Source of the DNA: Actinomycetota bacterium
Lineage (GTDB): Bacteria > Actinomycetota > Actinomycetes > Nanopelagicales > Nanopelagicaceae
Assembly: GCA_009702205.1 (NCBI GenBank)
Contig: WLIM01000001.1
Span: 1 to 40,080 of the forward strand
Reading direction: 5' to 3'
Length of the DNA: 40,080 nt
Shown piece after piece: positions 1 through 10,341 of this stretch. The position numbers and the translations under genes are program-made. Position 1 is the stretch's first letter, and every line of letters begins with the position of its first letter. The notes under the pieces were generated by a model. That model searched no databases and was not told the origin of the DNA. It saw nothing but the letters and a program-made list of their open reading frames with translations.

Positions 1-2
1 TC

Positions 3-224
3 AAGGGAATTACTGGCAAGCAATTTCGTGGAGTTTTTATACGAGCGCCTTGGGTGGAGAGTTATGGGGCTGACGTAGAAGTTCTCGCGAGCGTAAATTA
101 TGGGGGAGCCGAGCATCCAGTGGCTGTTGCAAGCGGGAAAGTCCTTGCCACCGCTTTTCACCCAGAACTAACAGGGGATAACCGCGTTCATAGATACTTC
201 ATAGAAGAGCTTTGTAAAAAATAA
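3..224 (+). CDS. pdxT: Pyridoxal 5'-phosphate synthase glutaminase subunit, 3' fragment (begins before window)
   Basis: Manual translation of frame 3: [19 protein letters not shown]...[32 protein letters not shown] and FHPE are PdxT/SNO motifs; pdxT-yebC-ruvCAB is standard actinobacterial synteny. Confidence 0.93.
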   Translation, partial: KGITGKQFRGVFIRAPWVESYGADVEVLASVNYGGAEHPVAVASGKVLATAFHPELTGDNRVHRYFIEELCKK

Positions 225-266
225 TTCAAGTTAAACTACGTTAATTGATTTATAGGGGGTTCGACC

Positions 267-1016
267 GTGTCAGGCCATTCCAAGTGGGCAACGACAAAGC
301 ACAAGAAGGCAATCATTGATTCACGCCGTGCTAAAAACTTTGCAAAGTTAATTAAGGGAATCGAAGTTGCAGCTAGAAATGGCGGCGCTGATATTTCCGG
401 TAACCCAACACTCTTTGATGCGATTGCAAAAGCTAAAAAGAGCTCAGTACCGGCAGATAATATCGATCGCGCAGTAAAACGCGGTGCCGGTTTGGAATCC
501 GGTGGTGCAGATTGGCAGACAATTATGTATGAGGGTTATGGCCCTAATGGCGTTGCCCTACTTATCGAATGCTTATCCGATAACCGTAACCGTGCGGCAT
601 CCGAAGTTCGTGTAGCTGTAACCAGAAATGGTGGATCGATGGCAGACCCAGGCTCGGTCTCTTACATGTTTAATCGCAAAGGTGTAGTAATTGTTAATAA
701 AAGTGGAAGCATCACTGAAGATAAGATTTTGGAACAAGTGCTTGATGCAGGTGCTGAAGAAGTAAATGACTTAGGTGAATCATTCGAAATCGTTAGCGAA
801 CCAAGTGATTTGGTCGCAGTCCGTAGCGCACTTCAAGGTGCAGGAATTGATTATGAATCGGCTGATACCTCTTTCCTTCCTACAGTTTCAGTTCCTCTTG
901 ACGCTGAAGGAGCAACTAAAGTTTTCGCACTTATTGATGCAATCGAAGAGTTAGATGACGTGCAAAACGTCTTCGGAAACTTTGATGTATCAGATGAGGT
1001 AATGGCTAGCCTTTAA
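267..1016 (+). CDS. yebC: YebC/PmpR family protein
   Basis: MSGHSKW N-terminus, [13 protein letters not shown] and GSVSYMF motifs; GTG start with GGGGG SD. Confidence 0.97.
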   Translation: MSGHSKWATTKHKKAIIDSRRAKNFAKLIKGIEVAARNGGADISGNPTLFDAIAKAKKSSVPADNIDRAVKRGAGLESGGADWQTIMYEGYGPNGVALLIECLSDNRNRAASEVRVAVTRNGGSMADPGSVSYMFNRKGVVIVNKSGSITEDKILEQVLDAGAEEVNDLGESFEIVSEPSDLVAVRSALQGAGIDYESADTSFLPTVSVPLDAEGATKVFALIDAIEELDDVQNVFGNFDVSDEVMASL

Positions 1017-1017
1017 G

Positions 1018-1554
1018 ATGCGTGTTCTTGGGGTCGATCCTGGTTTAACTAGGTGCGGTCTCGGAATTGTTGAAAATGGAGTGGCGCAGAAACTTGTGAT
1101 GGTTGGTGTTGGCGTGATCATGACCCCCAGCGACTTAGAACTTTCCAAACGATTGCTTGCATTGGAAACTGAATTGATTTCCTGGATTACCGAATTCAAG
1201 CCCGATGTGATTGCTGTAGAACGCGTGTTCTCGCAACTCAATATTCGCACTGCAATGTCCACTGGCCAAGCAGCTGGAGTTGCATTGCTCATAGCTGCAA
1301 GGCTTGGAATTCCCGTAGCAATGCATACGCCCACAGAGGTCAAAGCTGCAGTTACCGGTTCAGGTCGCGCAGATAAGAAACAAGTGGCCCTTATGGTCGC
1401 AAAACTTTTATCGTTAAAAGAAATTCCAAAACCCGTAGACGCCACCGACGCACTTGCACTGGCTATCTGCCATCATTGGCGAGGTGCCGGAAACGCGCGA
1501 GTCGAAGCCGCAATGGCTAAAGAGAAAGCGCGATTAAAGAAAGCGACAAAGTAA
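1018..1554 (+). CDS. ruvC: Holliday junction endodeoxyribonuclease RuvC
   Basis: [42 protein letters not shown] motifs. Confidence 0.97.
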   Translation: MRVLGVDPGLTRCGLGIVENGVAQKLVMVGVGVIMTPSDLELSKRLLALETELISWITEFKPDVIAVERVFSQLNIRTAMSTGQAAGVALLIAARLGIPVAMHTPTEVKAAVTGSGRADKKQVALMVAKLLSLKEIPKPVDATDALALAICHHWRGAGNARVEAAMAKEKARLKKATK

Positions 1555-2156
1555 TGATTGCCTCGGTCTCAGGAGTTGTTAAAGCAACAACTCTTAGTTC
1601 TGCCGTAATAGAAGTAGGCGGTGTTGGATTATCGCTCTCGTTGCCAGCACGATTTGCGGCATCGTTAACAGTTGGGACTCACGCCGAAATTTTTACAACT
1701 CTTGTTGTGCGCGAGGACTCCTTAACGCTATTTGGATTTGATAGAGCGAGTTCGAGAGATTTCTTTGATCTACTTCAGACGGTGAGTGGAATTGGTCCAA
1801 AAGTTGCGCAGTCTGCGCTATCAATTTATGAGCCAGAAGAGATTGCCAGCGCGATTGCTAGTGAGAATGCTGCTGCGCTTGAACGAATTCCGGGGTTAGG
1901 CAAGAAGGGTGCACAGCGAGCTGTTCTAGAATTGAAAGATAAAGTTTCTGCACTCAACATCGCGCAGAAATCTAATTCGCAAAGTAAGAGCAATTGGCGA
2001 AATCAATTATCAAGTGCGCTAATTGGACTTGGGTTTTCAGCAAAAGATGCGCAGTCAACTATTGATTTAGTATCAAATGAATTGGGATCGCAAGTTGAAT
2101 CAACGGATATTTCGCAGCTTCTAAAATTGGCGCTTCAAAGTCAAGGGCGTAATTAG
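1554..2156 (+). CDS. ruvA: Holliday junction branch migration protein RuvA
   Basis: [11 protein letters not shown], HhH motifs VSGIGPK and [12 protein letters not shown]-terminal ALIGLGF. Confidence 0.96.
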   Translation: MIASVSGVVKATTLSSAVIEVGGVGLSLSLPARFAASLTVGTHAEIFTTLVVREDSLTLFGFDRASSRDFFDLLQTVSGIGPKVAQSALSIYEPEEIASAIASENAAALERIPGLGKKGAQRAVLELKDKVSALNIAQKSNSQSKSNWRNQLSSALIGLGFSAKDAQSTIDLVSNELGSQVESTDISQLLKLALQSQGRN

Positions 2157-2158
2157 TA

Positions 2159-3223
2159 ATGAGCGAAGAGAAACGAATTATCGATACTGGTGGCGATGAA
2201 CTGGAGCGCTCCCAAGAACTTGCACTTCGCCCTAAAACACTTGGTGAATTCGTCGGACAAAAACGCGTTGCAGATCAATTAGATTTATTGCTCTCTGCCG
2301 CACGTAATCGAAATAGTCCTGCAGATCACGTTCTTCTTTCCGGGCCTCCAGGTTTAGGAAAAACAACTCTGGCGATGATTATTGCCGCAGAAATGGGCGC
2401 GCCAATTCGAATTACAAGTGGACCAGCAATTCAACATGCTGGAGATTTGGCTTCAATCCTCTCTTCACTTGTTGAAGGAGAGATTTTGTTCTTAGATGAA
2501 ATTCATAGAATGTCCCGGCCAGCTGAAGAGTTACTTTATTTAGCAATGGAAGATTTTCGAGTAGATGTGATTGTAGGAAAAGGAGCGGGTGCCACGGCAA
2601 TCCCGTTAGAGCTTCCGCACTTCACATTGGTAGGCGCAACAACTCGTGCTGGTCTCTTGCCGAGTCCGTTGCGCGATCGCTTTGGATTTACAGCACAACT
2701 AGATTTTTATGAAGATAATGAATTATCAGTAATCGTTGAACGAAGTGCGGATTTGCTTGGCGTAAAAATTGATAAAGCGGCCGTAGTGGAATTAGGTTCA
2801 AGATCTCGCGGCACACCTCGAGTAGCTAATAGATTGCTTCGTAGAGTTCGGGACTATGCCCAAGTTCATGGCGATGGAAGTGTTGGAATTGCCGACGCTA
2901 AAGCGGCTCTCCAAATGTATGAAGTTGATGCAATCGGACTCGATCGATTAGACCAAAGTGTTTTGGAAGCTCTTGTTAAGAGATTCAACGGGGGACCGGT
3001 CGGTATTTCTACACTAGCCATGGCGATCGGAGAAGAGAGCGAAACGATTGAGTCATTGGCCGAACCATTCCTAGTTCGGATGGGATTTATCTCACGAACA
3101 CCTCGGGGGCGCATAGCAACTGCAGCAGGATTCGAGCATCTGGGCGTGACACCACCTCTTGGAGCCTCAGATTTACTGCCAAATGCGATCAGCATTTTCG
3201 ACACACCCGCCTCTGATGCCTAG
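2159..3223 (+). CDS. ruvB: Holliday junction branch migration helicase RuvB
   Basis: [12 protein letters not shown], Walker [41 protein letters not shown]. Confidence 0.98.
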   Translation: MSEEKRIIDTGGDELERSQELALRPKTLGEFVGQKRVADQLDLLLSAARNRNSPADHVLLSGPPGLGKTTLAMIIAAEMGAPIRITSGPAIQHAGDLASILSSLVEGEILFLDEIHRMSRPAEELLYLAMEDFRVDVIVGKGAGATAIPLELPHFTLVGATTRAGLLPSPLRDRFGFTAQLDFYEDNELSVIVERSADLLGVKIDKAAVVELGSRSRGTPRVANRLLRRVRDYAQVHGDGSVGIADAKAALQMYEVDAIGLDRLDQSVLEALVKRFNGGPVGISTLAMAIGEESETIESLAEPFLVRMGFISRTPRGRIATAAGFEHLGVTPPLGASDLLPNAISIFDTPASDA

Positions 3224-3234
3224 ACTTGCGTCCC

Positions 3235-4794
3235 ATGTCTGCCATTAATAATTCTCAAAGCTCATCCCAAAGTCCAAAGGGTGCAAAGTCTTCGGCGAAA
3301 TCTGCGAAGTCAATTGCGATACTCGCGCTAGCTTTAATTGCATTTAGTGCAGTCGCCGTAGTTCAAGGCGCAACTAAAGTTAAATTAGGACTCGATCTGC
3401 GAGGCGGTACCAGCGTCACGCTGACTCCGCGCGCAAGCGAGGGATCTAAGGTAACTACTGAAGCAATTGATCAAGCTGTTGCAATTATTAGACAGCGTGT
3501 TAACTCTTTAGGTGTTGCAGAGAGCGAAGTGGCGGCTCAAGGTTCTGGAACGAATCGCCAAATTGTTATCTCAGTTCCCGGACAGACCGGCGAAAAGATT
3601 GTGCAGTTAGTTGGACAGACTGCAGAACTTAGATTCCGTCAGGTTTTAGTTGAAGGTGCGCCAAATGCAACAACTGCAGCTGCAGATGCAAAGAGTGCAA
3701 CGCTTCCAACTGGTGTTACTCCAGATCTAAATGCAAAGTACGCAGCTCTTGACTGCTCAAAGAAAGCGAATTTGCAGGGTGGCTCTACGGAATCTCCAGA
3801 TATCGCAGTTGTTTCTTGCGATCGCAATGGAACGCAAAAATATATTCTGGCACCGGCTCAAGTTCTTGGAAGCATGATTTCTAAAGCCAGCGCAGCGATT
3901 GACCAACAAGGTGCAGCAGGTTGGTATGTTTTAGTTTCATTTAACGGTGAAGGCACTAACAAGTTTGGAGCACTAACAACTTCTGTAACAAAATTAGCTG
4001 CACCTCAAAATCAAGTGGCTATTGTTCTAGATGGACTCGTTGTCTCAGCTCCTAGAATTAATGAAGCAATCAATGGGGGAAGCGCCCAGATCACTGGAAG
4101 CTTTGGACAAGAAGAAGCATCAAACTTGGCAAATGTTTTGAAGTATGGCGCCCTGCCGTTGGCTTTTGATCAAGGCGAAGTTCTGCAGGTTTCACCAACA
4201 CTTGGCTCTGACCAACTACATGCTGGATTGCTAGCGGGATTACTTGGATTCTTGCTTGTATTCCTTTATTCATTCATTTATTACAAGGGTCTAGGAATCG
4301 TGACCGTAGCATCGCTACTAATCGCTTCAGCAATTACTTATCTCTCATTCCTATTACTTGGCGAATGGATTGGTTTCACTTTGACGCTCGCTGGTATCGC
4401 CGGCGCAATCGTTGCTGTTGGTATTACAGCAGACTCATTCGTTGTCTTCTTCGAACGTCTTCGTGATGAAGTTCGTGAAGGTCGTTCACTTCGCTCAGCG
4501 GTAGAAACAGGTTGGGTAAAGGCTCGTCACACAATCATCGTGGCGGACACTGTTTCGATGATCGCTGCAGTTCTTCTCTATTTCTTTGCTGTCGGCGGTG
4601 TTCGTGGTTTCGCCTTCACACTCGGCCTAACAACTTTAATCGACCTACTGGTTGTCTTTGTCTTTACACATCCGTTGGTAGCGCTACTTGCAAGAGTTTC
4701 ATTCTTTGCAAATGGAGACAAATTGTCCGGATTTTCAGCGAAGAGCTTAGGCTTGAAAATCAAAACAGATGGCACAGAAAACTTGAAGGGTTAA
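3235..4794 (+). CDS. secD: Protein translocase subunit SecD
   Basis: LGLDLRGG, RVNSLGVAE, QVAIVLDG, LKYGALPL, GITADSFVVFFERLRDE, VRGFAFTL. ATG at 3235 preferred over TTG at 3226. Confidence 0.96.
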   Translation: MSAINNSQSSSQSPKGAKSSAKSAKSIAILALALIAFSAVAVVQGATKVKLGLDLRGGTSVTLTPRASEGSKVTTEAIDQAVAIIRQRVNSLGVAESEVAAQGSGTNRQIVISVPGQTGEKIVQLVGQTAELRFRQVLVEGAPNATTAAADAKSATLPTGVTPDLNAKYAALDCSKKANLQGGSTESPDIAVVSCDRNGTQKYILAPAQVLGSMISKASAAIDQQGAAGWYVLVSFNGEGTNKFGALTTSVTKLAAPQNQVAIVLDGLVVSAPRINEAINGGSAQITGSFGQEEASNLANVLKYGALPLAFDQGEVLQVSPTLGSDQLHAGLLAGLLGFLLVFLYSFIYYKGLGIVTVASLLIASAITYLSFLLLGEWIGFTLTLAGIAGAIVAVGITADSFVVFFERLRDEVREGRSLRSAVETGWVKARHTIIVADTVSMIAAVLLYFFAVGGVRGFAFTLGLTTLIDLLVVFVFTHPLVALLARVSFFANGDKLSGFSAKSLGLKIKTDGTENLKG

Positions 4795-4798
4795 TCAC

Positions 4799-5860
4799 AT
4801 GAGTTCACTGTCAGGCATCGGCGGCCGTCTTTATCGCGGCGAAACTTCTATTGATTTTATTGGCAAGCGTCGTCGTTGGTATGCGCTTTCTGGAATCGTA
4901 ATCATTATTTCTGCAATTGTTCTTGGAACTCAAGGTTTACATCTTGGCATTGAATTCAAAGGTGGATCAGAATTTTCAGTTACTAAAGTAGGAGCAACTG
5001 TTGAAGATGGTCGTGCGGCGATAGCTAAAGCCGGAGTAACTGGTGAAACTGTTGTTCAAAAAGTGGGTAATGACAGATTACGCATTCAAACTGGTGCACT
5101 TGATTCGTTTGCAACAGTTAAGCAATCTTTAGCAGACACTTTCGGCGTAAATGTTGATGATATTGATACCCAAATTATTGGTCCATCATGGGGCAAGGAA
5201 ATCACTAAGAAGGCGCTATATGGCTTGATTGGTTTCATTCTTGTAGTGATGCTCTTCTTAACTATGGCATTTGAGCCGAAAATGGCCCTTGCCGCGATCA
5301 TTGCAACGATGCACGACGTATTCATTACTGTTGGAATTTATGCGCTTGTGGGCTTCGACGTTACGCCAGCTACCGTTATTGGTTTTCTAACGATTCTTGG
5401 TTACTCCCTTTACGACACAGTTGTTGTGTTCGACAAAGTTCGCGAGAATACAAAATCTATTACTAGCACCGGAAAGATAACTTACTCCGCAGCTGCAAAC
5501 CTAGCCGTGAACCAAACATTGGTTAGATCTTTCAATACTTCACTTATTGCGCTGCTTCCAGTTGCATCAATTCTCTTTGTCGGTGCTGGATTATTGGGTG
5601 CAGGAACTTTGAAAGATCTTTCGCTCGCACTATTCGTTGGACTTGCTACTGGAACATATTCATCCATCTTTATTGCGACCCCAATACTTGCTCAACTTCG
5701 CGAACGCGAACCTGCGATGCGTGCACTTGCAAAGCGAGTGGCACAACATGCACCTGGTTCAGTAACTATCGAAGCTAAAGGTTCAGTTGATGCTGGATCT
5801 AGCGAGAAGAGTGGTTGGGCGCGTGGTCCACGTAATCAACCAAAACGTAAGCGTCGCTAA
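4799..5860 (+). CDS. secF: Protein translocase subunit SecF
   Basis: LGIEFKGG, IGPSWG, LTILGYSLYDTVVVFDKVREN, GTYSSIFIATP. Confidence 0.97.
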   Translation: MSSLSGIGGRLYRGETSIDFIGKRRRWYALSGIVIIISAIVLGTQGLHLGIEFKGGSEFSVTKVGATVEDGRAAIAKAGVTGETVVQKVGNDRLRIQTGALDSFATVKQSLADTFGVNVDDIDTQIIGPSWGKEITKKALYGLIGFILVVMLFLTMAFEPKMALAAIIATMHDVFITVGIYALVGFDVTPATVIGFLTILGYSLYDTVVVFDKVRENTKSITSTGKITYSAAANLAVNQTLVRSFNTSLIALLPVASILFVGAGLLGAGTLKDLSLALFVGLATGTYSSIFIATPILAQLREREPAMRALAKRVAQHAPGSVTIEAKGSVDAGSSEKSGWARGPRNQPKRKRR

Positions 5861-5896
5861 TCTCGCACCTGCTTCTTAACTAGTTAAGATAGAACC

Positions 5897-8071
5897 ATGA
5901 ATCCGGTTCTAGATGTGTTAGCAAAGTCTTTAATTGCTCATCACCCTGGCGCCTCAATTCCCGAGTTAGAGCGCGCATATGCCATTGCAGCAGATGCTCA
6001 TGAAGGTCAACTCCGAAAATCGGGAGAGCCTTATATAACTCATCCGCTTGCTGTCTCAGAAATTCTCGCAGATATCGGTCTGGACTTAGAGACAATTATC
6101 GCCGCACTTTTACACGACACTGTTGAAGATACTAAATATTCACTCGACGCCCTTAAGCGAGATTTCGGGAAAGAGGTAGCAAGTCTTGTAGACGGTGTTA
6201 CAAAACTTGATAAGTTGAATTACGGTCCGAATGCCGAGGCCGAAACTCTGCGCAAAATGGTTATCGCAATGTCGAAAGATATTCGAGTACTTGTTATTAA
6301 ATTGGCGGACCGATTACATAATGCGCGTACCTGGAAATATGTTTCAGTTGAATCCGCCCAGCGCAAAGCGCGTGAAACTTTAGATATTTACGCACCACTA
6401 GCTAACCGTTTAGGTATGAGCGCGATTAAGTGGGAGCTTGAGGATCTCTCCTTTAAGACACTAGAGCCTAAAAAATATGAAGAGATCGAACGATTGGTTC
6501 AAGATCGAAATCCAGCTCGTGAAGCTATGACTTCAGAGGTTTTAGGTTTGGTTGAGAAAGATTTGTTAGCTGATGGAATTAGCGCCAAAGTTTTGGGGCG
6601 CCAGAAACATTTATATAGTGTTTATCAAAAGATGGTGATTCGCGGCCGTGATTTCAACGAAATTTATGACTTAGTAGGTATTCGAGTTTTAGTTGAGAGC
6701 GTTAGAGATTGCTATGCCGTCCTCGGAGCTATTCACGCAAGATGGAGCCCTATTCCGGGCCGATTCAAAGATTACATTGCAATGCCAAAGTTCAATTTGT
6801 ATCAATCCCTCCACACAACTGTTATTGGTCCCAATGGAAAAGCAGTAGAGATCCAGATTAGAACTTTTGATATGCATGCGAGAGCCGAGTATGGAATTGC
6901 CGCGCACTGGAAATATAAATTGGCCAGTGTTGGAGATGCAGCGACGGAAAAACCAGAGATGATGTGGTTAAAACAGTTGCATGAATGGCAGCAAGAGACC
7001 GAGGATGTTGGCGAATTTCTGGATACTTTGAGATATGACTTGCGCACTCCAGAGGTATTTGTTTTCACGCCGAAAGGGAGTGTTATCGCACTGCCTTCGG
7101 GTTCAACTCCAGTCGATTTTGCTTATGCAGTTCATACACAAGTGGGGGACCGTTGTGTTGGCGCTAAAGTAAATGGAAAATTAGTCCCGCTCGAATCGAT
7201 ACTTTCTAACGGAGATGTTGTCGAAGTTGTTACGAATAAGAGTCCAAGCGCGGCTCCGAGTCGGGACTGGCTTAACTTCGTCTCTTCACCAAGAGCGCGA
7301 TCGAAGATAAAAGCGTGGTTTAGCAAAGAACGAAAAGAAGAGGCGATTGAAGCAGGAAGGGAATCCATTGCTCGACAGATGCGCAAAGTCGGTCTTCCAC
7401 TTCAGAAGATTTTTGCGGGTCAAGCTTTCCTTGAGCTTTCCCACGATCTGCATTATCCAGATATTGAAAGCATGTATGCCGCAGTTGGAAACGGACATAT
7501 CAGCGCGCAATTTGTAATTGAGAAATTGGTTGCAAATACTGATTTGCATGAACCAGATGCCGAGATTGAAAGTCACGCGATTCCGGCAATTCACTCTTTT
7601 GAACATTTGCGCCGAAATACTTCAGGTGTAGATATTGAGGGCGTTGATGATGTTCTAGTTAAATTGGCTAGATGTTGCACACCTGTCCCTGGTGATGAAA
7701 TCGTAGGTTTCATAACGCGGGGTAGTGGGGTCTCGGTTCACCGAATTGATTGTATAAATGTCACTGATCTCAAACTGCACCAAGGCGATCGAATCGTAAG
7801 CGTTAAATGGAATCACTCAGCAAAAACTGCATTCTTAGTAAATATCCAAGTCGAAGCGCTAGATCGCGCCCGTCTGCTTTCAGATGTAACTCGAACATTG
7901 TCTGATCAGCATGTAAATATTTTGAATGCGGCAGTTAGCACTTCTAAAGACCGAACAGCGATTTCAAGATTTACTTTCGAAATGGCGGATGCTTCGCACC
8001 TAGATGCTGTTCTAGCAAGTGTTAGATCTGTTGAAGGCGTTTACGACGTTTATCGCGTGACTAATAATTAA
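5897..8071 (+). CDS. rel: Bifunctional (p)ppGpp synthetase/hydrolase (long RSH: HD, SYN, TGS, ZFD, ACT)
   Basis: RKSGEPYITHP, intact HD motif LLHDTVEDT, KLADRLHN, RFKDYIAMPK, EIQIRT, TGS VFTPKG...DFAYAVHT, CCTPVPGD, C-terminal ACT domain. Confidence 0.97.
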   Translation: MNPVLDVLAKSLIAHHPGASIPELERAYAIAADAHEGQLRKSGEPYITHPLAVSEILADIGLDLETIIAALLHDTVEDTKYSLDALKRDFGKEVASLVDGVTKLDKLNYGPNAEAETLRKMVIAMSKDIRVLVIKLADRLHNARTWKYVSVESAQRKARETLDIYAPLANRLGMSAIKWELEDLSFKTLEPKKYEEIERLVQDRNPAREAMTSEVLGLVEKDLLADGISAKVLGRQKHLYSVYQKMVIRGRDFNEIYDLVGIRVLVESVRDCYAVLGAIHARWSPIPGRFKDYIAMPKFNLYQSLHTTVIGPNGKAVEIQIRTFDMHARAEYGIAAHWKYKLASVGDAATEKPEMMWLKQLHEWQQETEDVGEFLDTLRYDLRTPEVFVFTPKGSVIALPSGSTPVDFAYAVHTQVGDRCVGAKVNGKLVPLESILSNGDVVEVVTNKSPSAAPSRDWLNFVSSPRARSKIKAWFSKERKEEAIEAGRESIARQMRKVGLPLQKIFAGQAFLELSHDLHYPDIESMYAAVGNGHISAQFVIEKLVANTDLHEPDAEIESHAIPAIHSFEHLRRNTSGVDIEGVDDVLVKLARCCTPVPGDEIVGFITRGSGVSVHRIDCINVTDLKLHQGDRIVSVKWNHSAKTAFLVNIQVEALDRARLLSDVTRTLSDQHVNILNAAVSTSKDRTAISRFTFEMADASHLDAVLASVRSVEGVYDVYRVTNN

Positions 8072-8074
8072 TTA

Positions 8075-9409
8075 TTAGTTTGTTTTAAAGTCAGAAAGTC
8101 CCTTTTGTGCTTCAGCTAGCCAAACTTTACGAGCTTCGGCAGCTTCACGAGCTACCTTAGCCTTTGCAGTATTTCCGGCAGCTTCGGCCTTTTCAGCAGT
8201 TGCTTCATATCCTGCGATTGCATCAATCAAACCTTGGACTACGTTATTAGCACGAGCGATAGCAGTTGGGTCGGTGCGACGATTCTGTTCTTCTACAAGA
8301 ACTTGGATTTCATCTTCAACTCTAGCGAGTCGAGTATCTAAAGCAGCGCGTTTGCTTCGTTCTGTCATGCCGATCTTTTGCCATTGTTCCATTAGTGCGC
8401 GGAAATTCTTGCGAGCTGTGTTCACATCTGAGATTGGAAGAAGCTCTTCAAATTTAACGATTAGCTCTTCGCGCTTAGCTAAGTTTGCAGCCATTGTTAC
8501 CTGGCGCTTATCTAGATCAGCGTTCTTAGCTTTAAAGAATTGATCTTGCGCAGCCTTAAAGCGGCCCCAAAGTTTGGCATCAACGCTTGCTTTACCTCGG
8601 CCAGATGCTTTCCACGAATCCATAAGTTCTTTAAATTTGTGGGCAGTTGGTAGCCATTCTTTAGAAGTTGCGAGCGCTTCTGCTTGCTTAACGATCTCTT
8701 CCTTCTTAGCGGCTACATCATGTTGAACAGATTCAAGTGCTGCAAAGTGGGTACGGCGGCGCTTATCAAATTTGTTGCGAGATGATGAGAAACGCTTCCA
8801 AAGTTCAGTATCTGTAGTTTTATCTAGTCTAGGAGCAGCTTTCCATTCATCTAGCAGAACCTTTAAGCGTTCGCTTGTAGCCTTCCAACTTTCAGATAGC
8901 GCTAACGACTCAGCTTCAACTACTAATTTTTCCTTAACCAGAAGTGCTGCGGCACGTTTCGCTTCACGAACGGCCGATTCAATATCTTTGCGCTCTTGGT
9001 AGGCGGCGCGATGATCTTCAATTAAATTTGGAATTTGATCCACAGATGCAGCGAGAGTTGCCAAGTCGCCAACTCCATTTAGGTTTGCAACAGTTTCTCG
9101 TAATTTAATTACAGCTTCAGCGGCGTCAGAAGGCACCATCGCACCGCTCTTAATGCGCGCGGCTAATAGTGCAACTTCAGAGGCAACTGCCTCAAATTTA
9201 CGAACGAAATAAGCAAGAGCTTCTTCGGGAGTTTTACCTGGGTATGAACCAACCGCTTTCTCGCCAGATGGTGTTAAGACATAAACAGTTCCATCGGGAG
9301 CAACTCGACCAAATTTGGATGGATCTCCGATTAGGGCAGATGCGGCGCTTAGATTTGATTCACCGGTTGTTACTGCGGCTGCTACTTCGGTTGGTTTGAT
9401 ATCCATCAT
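8075..9409 (-). CDS. DUF349 domain-containing helical/coiled-coil protein
   Basis: FGRVAPDGTVYV N-terminus and repeated units (L..EWK...R.....D..LW.RF.....F) typical of actinobacterial DUF349 proteins; usual position between rel and hisS. Confidence 0.85.
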   Translation of the reverse strand: MMDIKPTEVAAAVTTGESNLSAASALIGDPSKFGRVAPDGTVYVLTPSGEKAVGSYPGKTPEEALAYFVRKFEAVASEVALLAARIKSGAMVPSDAAEAVIKLRETVANLNGVGDLATLAASVDQIPNLIEDHRAAYQERKDIESAVREAKRAAALLVKEKLVVEAESLALSESWKATSERLKVLLDEWKAAPRLDKTTDTELWKRFSSSRNKFDKRRRTHFAALESVQHDVAAKKEEIVKQAEALATSKEWLPTAHKFKELMDSWKASGRGKASVDAKLWGRFKAAQDQFFKAKNADLDKRQVTMAANLAKREELIVKFEELLPISDVNTARKNFRALMEQWQKIGMTERSKRAALDTRLARVEDEIQVLVEEQNRRTDPTAIARANNVVQGLIDAIAGYEATAEKAEAAGNTAKAKVAREAAEARKVWLAEAQKGLSDFKTN

Positions 9410-9528
9410 TTTCTCGCTTTCGTTGCGCGTTGGGTTCGCATTGTTGCGGACCGTTCGTTATTTCTAATTAGTACCAGCCATAAATTCTGAAATTTGTGGT
9501 GGTGGTAATTAGTTATGCGTGTTGGCTA

Positions 9529-9556
9529 AAGATACCCTTAACCGTTGAGTTGGCAA
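9529..9556 (-). promoter_or_regulatory. Putative sigma70-type promoter for the DUF349 gene
   Basis: Minus strand TTGCCA (9556-9551) -N16- TATCTT (9534-9529), implying a leader of about 110 nt. Confidence 0.45.
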
Positions 9557-9639
9557 AAGTCAGGTCAGAAATAGCTAAGAATTTGGGCAAGGCGCAGGCG
9601 ATTGCATCGCATTTACGCGTGAGGAGAAGGGGTGAGGAA

Positions 9640-10341
9640 ATGATTCTTGAAGTTATAGCCGCCCCGTATTTCGCCACCAACTGTTGGATTTTTGCGCCAT
9701 CCAAGAACTCCGAATGTTTCATTGTCGATCCAGGAATGGCTAATCCAAATCTAGTTTCGCAAATTAAGAGCGTAGTAAATAAATTTAATTTAAAGCCCAT
9801 TGCGGTACTCGTTACACATGGGCATCTTGATCACACTTTCTCGGTTCAACCATTTGCTAATGAATATGAAATTCCAGCTCTCATCCACTCGACCGATCGC
9901 AAACTTTTAGCTGATCCATATAGGGCTCTGACGCCTGGCGGTGAGAGCTCACAAATTATGGCCGCCTTTGGTGTAACTAAGTTTGAAGAGCCAAAGATTG
10001 TTCGCGAATTAATTGATGGCGAACGGTTTGCAATCGCCGGCTTTGACATCGAAGTTTCCCACGCCCCAGGGCACACTGCTGGGTCGGCTATTTTTAAAGT
10101 TAATGATGAGTTTTTGATTTCGGGTGATGTTTTATTCGCTGGCGCCATTGGGCGGACAGATTTACCCACAGGCAGCGCTGTGGCAATGCGAAATTCCCTT
10201 ATTTCCAAAATCTTGCCACTTGATGATGAATTAATTGTGCTTCCAGGCCATGGCCCACAAACTACAATTGGGCGCGAGCGAAAAGCTAATCCATATTTGC
10301 AAGAGCATTTCTTGCAATCGAAACCGGAACGGGGGGAGTAA
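9640..10341 (+). CDS. MBL-fold metallo-hydrolase (glyoxalase II/YcbL-like)
   Basis: THGHLDH, APGHTAGS, SGDVLFAGAIGRTD, PGHGPQTTIGRER. Start moved to ATG 9640, preceded by a GAGGA SD. Confidence 0.92.
   Translation: MILEVIAAPYFATNCWIFAPSKNSECFIVDPGMANPNLVSQIKSVVNKFNLKPIAVLVTHGHLDHTFSVQPFANEYEIPALIHSTDRKLLADPYRALTPGGESSQIMAAFGVTKFEEPKIVRELIDGERFAIAGFDIEVSHAPGHTAGSAIFKVNDEFLISGDVLFAGAIGRTDLPTGSAVAMRNSLISKILPLDDELIVLPGHGPQTTIGRERKANPYLQEHFLQSKPERGE

Noticed and set aside
9496-9639. 48-aa N-terminal extension of the MBL hydrolase (similarly the short extensions on secD, efp, carB, pyrK, pyrD)
   Set aside because: Artefacts of the longest-ORF rule; downstream ATGs have an SD, a stop-start overlap or family-typical N-termini.
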